DNA of 64,000 nucleotides from Candidatus Sericytochromatia bacterium (GTDB lineage: Bacteria; Cyanobacteriota; Sericytochromatia; S15B-MN24; VGJW01), in the NCBI GenBank assembly GCA_035285595.1, contig JAYKGV010000016.1:19947-83946 (forward strand), written 5' to 3'. A program made the position numbers and the translations under genes. Shown here one piece after another: positions 37,384-45,241 of this stretch. The notes under the pieces were generated by a model. It did not search any database and was not told where the DNA came from. It worked only from the letters and a program-made list of their open reading frames with translations. Numbering within the stretch: position 1 is the first letter of the stretch; the number at the start of each line of letters is the position of its first letter.

Positions 37384-38061
37384 TCAGGGGTCCATGAACC
37401 GGCGGATGCGCATCACCATAAGGTCGTTTTCGTCTGAAAAAGGGGCGGCCTGGAGCACGGAGATCATCTTGGACTTGGAGGTGTTGGGGAGGTTGATCAA
37501 GTCTCGATCCGTGGCGACCCTCATGGCCGCCCGGACACCCGGCAAACCCGCATCGTCGACGGCCGGAATCTCTTCGAACCAACCGCCCCTGAGCGCGAAG
37601 CGCGCAAGATCCAAACCTGGCCCCTGATCGCCCATGGCCCGAAAAAGCTGCGCCCTCTTTCCGACGCGGGCCAGACTCTCCGACAACACCCCATCCTCAC
37701 CCTTGCCCGCAGCGGGTGCCATGACGAGTTGGATGCCTTCTCGGTCGGGATTCCCGCCATTTCGTCCCAGCAGGCCCGAGATGAGACGGGCCCGTTGCTC
37801 GGGGCTGGCGGCGTCGATGAGATCGGGGCGCTTGCGAACGAGAGATTTGTACCCCGAAGGACCCGTACCCCCTATTTCCTGGTCGAGTTGCCGCTGGAGC
37901 TGCTGGCGAAGATCGTCACGAGTGGACAGCTTGACCCGATCTCGCGGAAGTGGGGCGGGCGCGGGAGCTGAGGCGGCAGCCGGAATCGGCCCGGCGCCGC
38001 GGCGCAGGAAAGGGATGGCAGACAGCCAGTTGGCAAGCGAAGGCAATGCTGGCATCGGCAT
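37384..38061 (-). CDS. Hypothetical protein (225 aa), Ala/Pro-rich N-terminus
   Basis: ATG overlaps the stop of the upstream repeat-protein gene (TGATG). No motif recognised. Confidence 0.4.
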   Translation of the reverse strand: MPMPALPSLANWLSAIPFLRRGAGPIPAAASAPAPAPLPRDRVKLSTRDDLRQQLQRQLDQEIGGTGPSGYKSLVRKRPDLIDAASPEQRARLISGLLGRNGGNPDREGIQLVMAPAAGKGEDGVLSESLARVGKRAQLFRAMGDQGPGLDLARFALRGGWFEEIPAVDDAGLPGVRAAMRVATDRDLINLPNTSKSKMISVLQAAPFSDENDLMVMRIRRFMDP

Positions 38062-39290
38062 CAGCCCGGGATCCGTGCGGCCATCCGCAGCAGTGCTGCG
38101 GCGTCGGGATGGGTCATCACGGTGTGAACCTTGTGGGCGGTGGTCCGGGAAAGTTCGAGCAGGCCACCGCCGGGTGTCGCCAGGACCTGGGAAACCTTCG
38201 AGACCCGCATGGTCCGATTCTCGGTCAAGAAGCCCGCCACCACTTTCTGGTCGATGACCCGGACGTGGCGGGTGCTCCGTGCGACTTCGCGCAGGGCCGG
38301 GGGGGCGGCGAGGGTACGCACGGACCTAGCGCCTGCCGTCACGCGCACGGTCCGGGTCGTGGCATGAGCCCCCTGGGTGACCGTTTGTGCAGCGGTTGGT
38401 GCGGCCGCAGCCACCTTGCGCGCCTTGGCTGCCTGCTGCATGGCCTGATTGACGGGTGCGGCCGTGGCGGCGAGTCGTGCCTTCTGGGCGAGTTCGCCAA
38501 CTTCTTGGGCTTTCTGGGCGGCCAGGGTGACCTTGCGTGCCTTGGCTGCCTGCTGCATGGCCTGATTGACGGGTGCGGCCGTGGCGGCGAGTCGTGCCTT
38601 CTGGGCGAGTTCGCCGACTTCTTGGGCTTTCTGGGCGGCCAGGGTGACCTTGCGTGCCTTGGCTGCCTGCTGCATGGCCTGATTGACGGGTGCGGCCGTG
38701 GCGGCGAGTCGTGCCTTCTGGGCGATTTCACCGACCTCCTGGGCTTTCTGGGCTGCGGTTGCGGCCTGCTTGGCCTTCCGGGCAACCTGTCCAACCTGCT
38801 GGGCGGCTTGCCCGGTGCGGGCGGCGCCCGTTGCCGCCTGAGATGCTCCGATAGCTCCACTCGCAGGCTTGAGGGCGCCTGAACCCAACATCATGGACCC
38901 GATCTCGAACATGCCTCGCCCGATCGCACGACCGGGTCGGCCTTCGCGGATGGCCTCCGCATAAGGTTCGGTGAAGGCGCGGACGACCTCTCCGGGCCGT
39001 GTCACCAAGGCGATGGGAAGCATGGCCAGACCCTTCACCGTCTCGATGGGGTGCGTGATCATATGGAAAGTGCCGCCCACCATGTCGCCAGCGCCTTGGA
39101 GCGCACCCACGACCACGTCCCCCACGAAGCCTCCGAGACCCTGGGGCTCTGCCGGCGGGCGTCTGCGGCGTGCCGTTGCGTCAATCTCATCCTGAGGTGC
39201 CGGACGCACGCCGTCCTGCGTCCGGTACACCCGACCGGCTTGCGGGGTCGGGCCCAGGACCTGGTTTAGGTCGCGCACGAGCTTGGGCAT
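38061..39290 (-). CDS. Hypothetical protein (409 aa) containing three near-identical 39-aa tandem repeats
   Basis: A central block (KVTLAAQKAQEVGELAQKARLAATAAPVNQAMQQAAKAR) is present 3 times. N-terminal ~150 aa are Gly-rich (GGFVGDVVVGALQGAGDMVGGTFHMITHP). It is the first gene of an operon that ends with the kinase/regulator pair. Confidence 0.6.
   Translation of the reverse strand: MPKLVRDLNQVLGPTPQAGRVYRTQDGVRPAPQDEIDATARRRRPPAEPQGLGGFVGDVVVGALQGAGDMVGGTFHMITHPIETVKGLAMLPIALVTRPGEVVRAFTEPYAEAIREGRPGRAIGRGMFEIGSMMLGSGALKPASGAIGASQAATGAARTGQAAQQVGQVARKAKQAATAAQKAQEVGEIAQKARLAATAAPVNQAMQQAAKARKVTLAAQKAQEVGELAQKARLAATAAPVNQAMQQAAKARKVTLAAQKAQEVGELAQKARLAATAAPVNQAMQQAAKARKVAAAAPTAAQTVTQGAHATTRTVRVTAGARSVRTLAAPPALREVARSTRHVRVIDQKVVAGFLTENRTMRVSKVSQVLATPGGGLLELSRTTAHKVHTVMTHPDAAALLRMAARIPG
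38370..38760. repeat. Tandem direct repeat, 117-bp unit x ~3.3, near-identical at nucleotide level, in-frame within the 38061-39290 CDS
   Basis: Plus-strand unit ...cttggctgcctgctgcatggcctgattgacgggtgcggccgtggcggcgagtcgtgccttctgggcgagttcgcc(a/g)acttcttgggctttctgggcggccagggtgaccttgcgtgc... recurs with only 1-3 substitutions per copy. Confidence 0.85.
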
Positions 39291-39523
39291 GGAAGGCTCT
39301 CCTGAAATATCCTATCCCCTCCGGAGGGGGCAGCCTTGTGACTGGAAGAGTTAAGCCTCTCCTAAATGTGGGTTTCTGCAGAGGCCTACGTGTGTTCTTT
39401 TCCGAAGCTTAGGCGACGCTTAACCATAGGGACGCAAGCCTCGTGGCGCTTCGCCGGACAACACCCTCGTGAGGGCACAGCCCGAGTCGTCACCCCAACC
39501 CAGCATTCCCCGGAGGAATCCCG
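39291..39523. promoter_or_regulatory. AT-richer intergenic region upstream of the flp pilin gene (and divergent from 38061-39290): candidate promoter/operator region with direct repeats and palindromes
   Basis: Local GC is visibly lower than the surroundings. Direct repeat aaGgCTCTCCTgAAAT (39293-) and aaGcCTCTCCTAAAT (39352-). Perfect palindrome CCCCTCCGGAGGGGG (39313-39327). TAAAT/TTGTGA-like hexamers. RBS ggagga 7 nt before the flp ATG. Confidence 0.35.
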
Positions 39524-39685
39524 ATGTCGCTGATCACCCGCCTTGTCCGTGAAGAAGAAGGCCAGAGCATGGTCGAGTACGGCATCATCGTGGCTGTCAT
39601 CGCGGCCGTCTGCATCGGCGGCTACAAGGCAGTGGGCGCTCAGGTCAACAAGTCGATCGACACCCTCATCAAGAACATGAAGTAG
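39524..39685 (+). CDS. flp: Flp family type IVb pilin (53 aa; not in the supplied ORF track, which lists only ORFs of at least 60 aa)
   Basis: MSLITRLVREEEGQSMVEYGIIVAVIAAVCIGGYKAVGAQVNKSIDTLIKNMK* carries the hallmark Flp motif G/QSMVEYGII (prepilin peptidase site G|XXXXEY) followed by a hydrophobic stretch. Strong RBS. Directly upstream of the prepilin peptidase and Tad genes. Confidence 0.85.
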   Translation: MSLITRLVREEEGQSMVEYGIIVAVIAAVCIGGYKAVGAQVNKSIDTLIKNMK

Positions 39686-39706
39686 CTTCGGATCCCGATT
39701 TCCCAG

Positions 39707-39746
39707 CCCGGGACGGCCGTGTTCTCACGGCGTCCCGGGCCTTTTT
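39707..39746. terminator. Intrinsic terminator/attenuator downstream of flp
   Basis: cccgggacggccgt-gttctc-acggcgtcccggg stem-loop followed by ccTTTTTc. Typical partial terminator after a pilin gene, allowing differential pilin versus machinery expression. Confidence 0.6.
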
Positions 39747-39756
39747 CCCGGGTACA

Positions 39757-40365
39757 GTGCTAGCCGTGATGCCCTTCTTCGTATCGGACCCCGTCCGCTG
39801 GACCGTTGTGCCGGTCTTGATCGTGGCTGTCGTGACCGACGTGCGTAGCCAGCGCATCTACAACTGGTTGACCTTTCCGGCCATGGGGCTCGCGGTCCTG
39901 GTTCGGGTGGGCTGGGGCTGGTGGACCGCGGGGGGGGCGCAAGCCGTGGAAGTCCTGGGGGATGTCCTGGGAGGATGGTTGGTCTTTCCCTTGGCTTTCC
40001 TGTTGATTGACGCGGTCTATGCGGGAAGGTGGGGACAGCTCAAGGGCATACGGGCCGGCGACATCAAATTGATGGCTGCGGCTGGAGCCTGGATAGGCCT
40101 GTGGCCCGCCCTGTCCGCCATTCTCGATACCGCACTCGTCGGCGGCGTGCTCAGTTTCTTGTGGGCCGCGCTGCACGGGTCCTTGGGGGGGGTCCTGCGC
40201 CAGGTCAGAGGATTCTTCGTGGCGATGGGCGCAGGCTTTCGCCAGCCTGCTTCCATGGTGGGGACCTCGCGTGCACCCCTCTTGCCTTACGCCCTTTCCA
40301 TCGCATTGGGGACCGTGGCAGCTTTGGCGTGGCCTCCCATCTGGCAATGGGGTGGCCAGGCATGA
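39757..40365 (+). CDS. cpaA: Prepilin peptidase CpaA/TadV (A24 family)
   Basis: Polytopic membrane protein VVPVLIVAVVTDVRSQRIYNWLTFPAMGLAVLV...GAGDIKLMAAAGAWIG with the conserved catalytic Asp pair. GTG start. Confidence 0.85.
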   Translation: MLAVMPFFVSDPVRWTVVPVLIVAVVTDVRSQRIYNWLTFPAMGLAVLVRVGWGWWTAGGAQAVEVLGDVLGGWLVFPLAFLLIDAVYAGRWGQLKGIRAGDIKLMAAAGAWIGLWPALSAILDTALVGGVLSFLWAALHGSLGGVLRQVRGFFVAMGAGFRQPASMVGTSRAPLLPYALSIALGTVAALAWPPIWQWGGQA

Positions 40366-41267
40366 AAAAGTCGAGGTCCGCGCCGAAGGGCCAGGCGATG
40401 GTGGAATTCGCCTTGGTGTTGCCCCTTCTGCTGCTGCTGACCTATGGCACGATCGAGATGGGTCTCGCGGTGCAGCGGCGCCTCGTCCTGACTGGAACCG
40501 CCTTCGTGGCGGCGCGCGTGGCGGCTGTTCACGGCGAGACGGCCGAAGCGGGGGTGCGTCGCGTGCTGGAACTCCACGCCGCCGACTCGGGTGCCGGTTG
40601 GATGTCCCGGGCCCGTGCCGACCTCGACCGAAGCTCGAGGTCCTTGACCCGGGTGACCGTGAGTTGCAGCGAGCAAGGCTTCACCTCCGCGCTTTCCGGA
40701 GCGATGGTCGCGACGGGTGGTCGACCGCCGGTCGCGCAGGGATGGGCGGTTTCGGCGGTCGTGCGTCCCGAGTTCGTTCCCGGGCGTCTGCGTCGAGGTG
40801 CGGCTCAGGCGCCCACGGATCTGCAAGTGGACTATCGAGTGTCCTTGCCTGGACTGGATCGCCTCAAAGGATTGGGAGAGGTGGTTCGCAAGTTGCCCGG
40901 CGGGGGCTCTGGCACCGAACTGGCCCTTGCGGCCGACCCGACGGTACAGGCCACGCTGGCCAATCCGATGGACCGCAACGGTTCTGTCTCCCCCAGCAAG
41001 CGCTACGTGGCACCCGAGAATGAGGATCGCGAGTTCCGCCAAGCGGGCAAGCTCGCCGACGGGCTTTCCCAGCTCGACAAAGTAGTCAAGGCCTTTTATG
41101 CCTCGTATGTCGTGGCAGCCACGGTACCTGGTTCGACCGGGGTCGATGCGACCTTGGCCGCCGTGGCCAAGGGCTTCGCGCAGGTGGACGGCACCCTCTC
41201 GTTGGCTGGAACGGCCGAGCGCTTCGACAAGGCCCAGAAAGCGTTCTTCGCGGGGACCGTCCGGTGA
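40362..41267 (+). CDS. tadE: TadE-like pseudopilin/pilus assembly protein
   Basis: The N-terminus MKKSRSAPKGQAMVEFALVLPLLLLLTYGTIEMG is the TadE/TadG signature (G|QAMVEF processed by CpaA). ATG overlaps the cpaA stop (ATGA). Confidence 0.75.
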   Translation: MKKSRSAPKGQAMVEFALVLPLLLLLTYGTIEMGLAVQRRLVLTGTAFVAARVAAVHGETAEAGVRRVLELHAADSGAGWMSRARADLDRSSRSLTRVTVSCSEQGFTSALSGAMVATGGRPPVAQGWAVSAVVRPEFVPGRLRRGAAQAPTDLQVDYRVSLPGLDRLKGLGEVVRKLPGGGSGTELALAADPTVQATLANPMDRNGSVSPSKRYVAPENEDREFRQAGKLADGLSQLDKVVKAFYASYVVAATVPGSTGVDATLAAVAKGFAQVDGTLSLAGTAERFDKAQKAFFAGTVR

Positions 41268-42136
41268 GGGACCGTCGCTCGCCCCGAGGGCAGTCGCTGG
41301 TTTATTTCACTCTGGTTCTGGCCGTGATCGTGGGTGTGCTTTACGCGACCTATGATCTGGCCCGGCTGACGACGGCCAAGATGCAGGCCCAGACGGCCGT
41401 GGATGCCGCGGCACTCGCCGGGACGGCCGTAAAGGTATCGATTCATCACACCCGGTCACTGGCCTATGCGGCGATGACGGGCCAGGCCACGCTTGCGCGG
41501 TTGAAATTCGCCAAGGCTCTTGCCGTCGTGGGCTCCAAACCGCCGTTGCCCGGGCAGCCTTATCTCGCTGCCGAAGAGTTCGACAAGTGGGTCGGCGAGG
41601 CCAATGCCCACGTGGCCCGATTGCGACGCCTCAGGGCGGGGCTCGTGGCTTACAACTCCTGGGTGGCCCGCGAGGGGCCGGCCGTCGTGGCTGATGCCGC
41701 TCGGCTTGCCTTCAATGCCAATGTTTCGGGCATGAACGCCGCGATGGGTGAAGGCACCGCCGCCAACGCCCGCAACCTCTCCCTCCTCGCCGGTCCCAGA
41801 AACTTGCCTGAAAACGGCGGTCAATTCGCTGCCGGGCGGTTCGTCGGGGGCGTAAACTACCCGGGTGAGGCGGCAGGTGCGGGAGGGGCCGCTGGCAAGA
41901 CTCTGGTCTGGGCCGAGCCCGTGTACCGTCCGCTGGGATCGGCGTTGCTCGGTGCGTCGCATCCTCTGGTGCTGCCTTCCGTCGCTGCGGCAGGCCTCGT
42001 CCCCGCGGGTGAGCTCAAGGCCGCGGAGCCTGGTTCGGGCGAGGCGGGTGCAGGAGGGGTCGGGCTGCGCTGGTACACCCCCCGCCTTCTTCAGGTGGGG
42101 GGGCTCAACGGATATCCACATGAACTGCTGCACTGA
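41264..42136 (+). CDS. TadG/TadE-like pilus assembly protein
   Basis: The N-terminus PRGQSLVYFTLVLAVIVGVLYATYDLARL...AQTAVDAAALAG is TadG-like (G|QSLVYF). GTGA overlap with the upstream gene. Confidence 0.7.
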   Translation: MRDRRSPRGQSLVYFTLVLAVIVGVLYATYDLARLTTAKMQAQTAVDAAALAGTAVKVSIHHTRSLAYAAMTGQATLARLKFAKALAVVGSKPPLPGQPYLAAEEFDKWVGEANAHVARLRRLRAGLVAYNSWVAREGPAVVADAARLAFNANVSGMNAAMGEGTAANARNLSLLAGPRNLPENGGQFAAGRFVGGVNYPGEAAGAGGAAGKTLVWAEPVYRPLGSALLGASHPLVLPSVAAAGLVPAGELKAAEPGSGEAGAGGVGLRWYTPRLLQVGGLNGYPHELLH

Positions 42137-42776
42137 TCGCAGCTCGCCCCGCGGCCAGGCGCTCGTCGAGATGGCGATCGTGCTGCCCGTCGGCGTGCTG
42201 TTGCTGCTGGTGGTGGGTTATCTCGGTAAGGGATTGCTGGAGCGCCAGCAGGTCGTGATGGCCGCCCGGCATGCGGCAAGGACCGCGGCTCATCAGGCCA
42301 TGGCGGGCTCTGCGGCCAAGATCACCGGTGCCGGTGTCCTGCAGTCGGCGACTGGCATGGCGGGTCGGACAGCTGCCGTCCGTGACCTGATTCCGGAAGG
42401 GATGGCCAAGGCCCCCGATTGGTCAAGCGCCGTCGCAGGCACCGCCACGACGCACTTGAGGCCCCGCCCGCTCGGGCCCGGAGCGATGGGTTACGTCGCC
42501 ACTCAGGTACAGCAGGTCGAGGGTCGAGCCATGACCTTCGGACTGGGATTCATCCTTTATGGAGCCAAGGCCGAGAGCCGCATGCGCCTGCTGGAGCCTC
42601 TGCGTCGCCAGGTGCAGGGCGTGGCTCGCCAGGTCGGTCGTCCACCGTCCGGGTTGGCGGCCCCCCTTGCCGTGTCAGCGCAGGCTTTCATGCCGGGTGA
42701 ACTGCCGGTTCACCATCCGCAGGTGGGGCTCCTTGAGCAGAACCGCTGGATCCGCGAGATTGTGGAGGGCCCATGA
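42120..42776 (+). CDS. Third TadE-like pseudopilin
   Basis: MNCCTDRSSPRGQALVEMAIVLPVGVLLLLVVGYLGKGLL is a TadE motif (G|QALVEMAIVLP). The chosen ATG overlaps the upstream gene by 17 nt. Confidence 0.65.
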   Translation: MNCCTDRSSPRGQALVEMAIVLPVGVLLLLVVGYLGKGLLERQQVVMAARHAARTAAHQAMAGSAAKITGAGVLQSATGMAGRTAAVRDLIPEGMAKAPDWSSAVAGTATTHLRPRPLGPGAMGYVATQVQQVEGRAMTFGLGFILYGAKAESRMRLLEPLRRQVQGVARQVGRPPSGLAAPLAVSAQAFMPGELPVHHPQVGLLEQNRWIREIVEGP

Positions 42777-43126
42777 CCGGGATCGTGCTCCTCGCGGCCT
42801 TGACGGGACAGCCGGAGATTCCCGGATGTACCGGGGTGACGGTGGGGGGAAAGGGGATAGCCCGCTGGGCTCGATTGTCGGGTCCTCCGGCCACGGCTCT
42901 CGACCGGTTCGATGCATGTTGGCGACGGGCAGGTTGGTCTGCCGAAGAAGAACCCGCGATTCTGGACGGCGGAGACGCGCCAGGCCGTTTGCGGTTGTGG
43001 CGCAGGGGGCCGTGGAGGGCCACGATCTTCGAGGCTCGGGACGCAGGCGGGCGTGCGCTATGCTTGGTCTTGATGGATCGTGGGTCCCCCGGTGGGGCCG
43101 TCCGACCTGCCCCGGGAGGGCCCTGA
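42773..43126 (+). CDS. Hypothetical small protein (117 aa) inside tad locus
   Basis: ATGA overlap with the upstream gene; the stop lies 3 nt before cpaB. No motif recognised. Confidence 0.4.
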   Translation: MTGIVLLAALTGQPEIPGCTGVTVGGKGIARWARLSGPPATALDRFDACWRRAGWSAEEEPAILDGGDAPGRLRLWRRGPWRATIFEARDAGGRALCLVLMDRGSPGGAVRPAPGGP

Positions 43127-43129
43127 ACG

Positions 43130-44179
43130 ATGTCTGATCTGAGATCGCGCTTGCGTCGCCCCGACGAGGGTCCTGTTGCCGACCCGTCGCCTGCGGCGTC
43201 GGGAAAGTCCTCGAGACGTGCCAAGCCTTCCTCCCGCCGTGGCGGAAAAGGTGTCCGGGAAGGTGGCCAAGCAGGAATCCTAGGTGGTTTCGACGTCAAT
43301 CGACGCCTGTTGCTGGCCGCAGGAGGTCTCGCGGGCCTCGCCGCCTTGCTCGCCGTGACCTATCTGTCCGATGCGTCGGACCGCATCGCGGGGAGCGGAG
43401 CCAAGATCAAGGTCTGGGTGGTGGCCCGCGATTTGCCTGCTCGACATGAGTTGCAGGAGGGTGATCTCGAGGAGCGCGAGGTGCCGGCCCTCTATCTTCC
43501 GGCCTCGCACGTTCCGGCGGGGCGCGCCATGGTCGGGCGGGTCACGACCACGCCCCTCTGGCCTGGCGAGGTTCTGGTCGAGGGACGGGCCGTGATTGCG
43601 GGGGCTGCAACCGGCGTCTCACCTCGTATCGGTGCGGGCGAGCGGGGTTTCGTCTATGTGCCGGATGGCTTGCAGGACGTGCCTCTGGTGCGGCCGGACG
43701 ATCGGGTGGACTTGGTCGCGACGGTGCCTGAGGCAGAGGGAGGCGGTCGGTTGGTATCTCGACCGGTTGTTCATGCCGCACGGGTTATCGGCGTCGGGGA
43801 TCGCTTCTCGACCGAGGCGACGGAGTCGGTCACAGGACCCAATGGGGCCGTCACCCTGGCGGTGCCCCAGGGGCGGGTGCAGTTGCTGGCGGTCCTGGCC
43901 GAGGCCGGTCGCCTGCACTTCATCCTCAGGTCTCCGGGAGACGTGGCGACCGGTGGTCAGCCGGACATCCGCGAGCTTGAGCGACTCGTATTGGGACAGG
44001 TGGCACGTCCTGCCGTCACCAAGCCACTGCCCCCGCGCACCGTGGTCAAGGTTGTCAGGGGGGCCGCCCCACCGCCTCGGATCGTGAGAATTCAGGCGCC
44101 ACCCGCAAAGCCTCCTGTTCGCAGGGTCCCCCAGGTCGAGATCTATAACGGGGCTTCTCGCCAAGGCGGAGGCAACTGA
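43130..44179 (+). CDS. cpaB: Flp pilus assembly protein CpaB/RcpC (SAF-domain protein)
   Basis: N-terminal TM (LLLAAGGLAGLAALLAV), then IKVWVVARDLPARHELQEGDLEEREVPALYLPASHVP...GERGFVYVPDG...GDRVDLVATV, typical of the CpaB SAF/beta-clip fold. RBS gggaggg. Confidence 0.8.
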   Translation: MSDLRSRLRRPDEGPVADPSPAASGKSSRRAKPSSRRGGKGVREGGQAGILGGFDVNRRLLLAAGGLAGLAALLAVTYLSDASDRIAGSGAKIKVWVVARDLPARHELQEGDLEEREVPALYLPASHVPAGRAMVGRVTTTPLWPGEVLVEGRAVIAGAATGVSPRIGAGERGFVYVPDGLQDVPLVRPDDRVDLVATVPEAEGGGRLVSRPVVHAARVIGVGDRFSTEATESVTGPNGAVTLAVPQGRVQLLAVLAEAGRLHFILRSPGDVATGGQPDIRELERLVLGQVARPAVTKPLPPRTVVKVVRGAAPPPRIVRIQAPPAKPPVRRVPQVEIYNGASRQGGGN

Positions 44180-44215
44180 GCAGGGCTGGCGGGGGTATAG
44201 AGGGGGGACGCAGCC

Positions 44216-45241
44216 ATGAGCCGACGCCATCTTGTCTTTCTTCTCGCCCTAGTTGCCGCCTTGGGCCCGTGGCCTTCCCGGTGGCCCGGGGGGGCCCCTC
44301 CGGCATGGGCCAGCGTAGCCGATTTGACCGTCCGCCAGGGGCATACTACGGTCTTCCGCGTGCCCCGAGGTGCAACCCGAGTGGCCATCGGCGACTCCGC
44401 GGTCGCGGCCGTGACGCTGATTCAAGATGGAACCGGCGAGAATCTCCTGATCGAAGGTCGAAAGCCGGGGCTGACCAATTTCCTGGTCTGGACGGCCGCC
44501 AGTCGCCAACCCTCCAACTATCGCCTCGAAGTGTTGTCCGGCCGCCGCACCGAGACCGTCGTGATTCGTGTTCAAGTCTGGGAGCTGTTGAACGGGAATG
44601 ACAGCCAGACGGGTATCCGCTGGTCCGAGGGCTTGGCGTTCCAGGAGGCGCCGCCTACCGCTCCCTTTGCCCTTGGTCTTCCGGTCCGGGCCGGCGTCCT
44701 TGAGGCTCGTCTCCAGGCCCTGGCTCAAGCGAAGCGAGCCCAGCTCGAAGCTTCGCCAACCCTCCTTGCCCTCTCGGGTCAGGAGAGCAAGTTCCTGTCG
44801 GGTGGTGAGTTGCCTGTGGTGGTCCAGACTCCCAACACCGTCGCAGTGGATTGGAAGCCCTTCGGGGTGGGCCTCAAGGTGACGCCCGTGGTCGAGGGAG
44901 AGGAAATCCTCCTGCGGATCAAGCCTGAGGTCTCCAGCATCGACAGGTTGAATGGGGTCCAGACCGGCAACTTCAATATCCCGGCCATTGCCACCCGCAT
45001 GGCCGAGACCCAGGTGGCTGTCAGGCCAGGGCAGGAGATTGTCCTGGCCGGCCTTAAGCGCCGTACGTTGCGTACGGTGGTTTCACGTGTGCCCCTTCTC
45101 GGGTGGGTGCCTTTATTGGGTGCGTTTTTCACGTCGACCCAGCAGGAGGAAGAAGAGGGCGAGCTGGTGTTCCTCGTGACCCCGACGCTTTTCAAGGAAG
45201 GCGAGGCCATGCCCGAGAAAGGCCATGGCAAGGCGCGATGA
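44216..45241 (+). CDS. cpaC: Secretin CpaC/RcpA (type II/III secretion system secretin family), short form
   Basis: Signal peptide. The C-terminal half ...FLSGGELPVVVQTPNTVAVDWKPFGVGLKVTPVV...ETQVAVRPGQEIVLAGL...VPLLGWVPLLGAFF is the canonical secretin domain. Confidence 0.8.
   Translation: MSRRHLVFLLALVAALGPWPSRWPGGAPPAWASVADLTVRQGHTTVFRVPRGATRVAIGDSAVAAVTLIQDGTGENLLIEGRKPGLTNFLVWTAASRQPSNYRLEVLSGRRTETVVIRVQVWELLNGNDSQTGIRWSEGLAFQEAPPTAPFALGLPVRAGVLEARLQALAQAKRAQLEASPTLLALSGQESKFLSGGELPVVVQTPNTVAVDWKPFGVGLKVTPVVEGEEILLRIKPEVSSIDRLNGVQTGNFNIPAIATRMAETQVAVRPGQEIVLAGLKRRTLRTVVSRVPLLGWVPLLGAFFTSTQQEEEEGELVFLVTPTLFKEGEAMPEKGHGKAR

Noticed and set aside
38370-38760. Possible CRISPR array or phage tape-measure repeat
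   Set aside because: The repeats are contiguous with no spacers, in-frame within a CDS, and 117 bp long. There are no cas genes and no phage structural or integrase genes nearby. The gene is operonic with a two-component system.
40029-41267. 412-aa ORF beginning inside cpaA
   Set aside because: The TadE-like protein's true start is the MKKSRSAPKGQAMVEF... methionine at 40362, which overlaps the cpaA stop. The upstream 111 codons are an out-of-frame overlap with cpaA.
45103-45237. N-terminal extension of the CpaE/F ORF overlapping cpaC
   Set aside because: The start was set at the ATG at 45238 (ATGA with the cpaC stop). The extension overlaps the secretin C-terminus in another frame.
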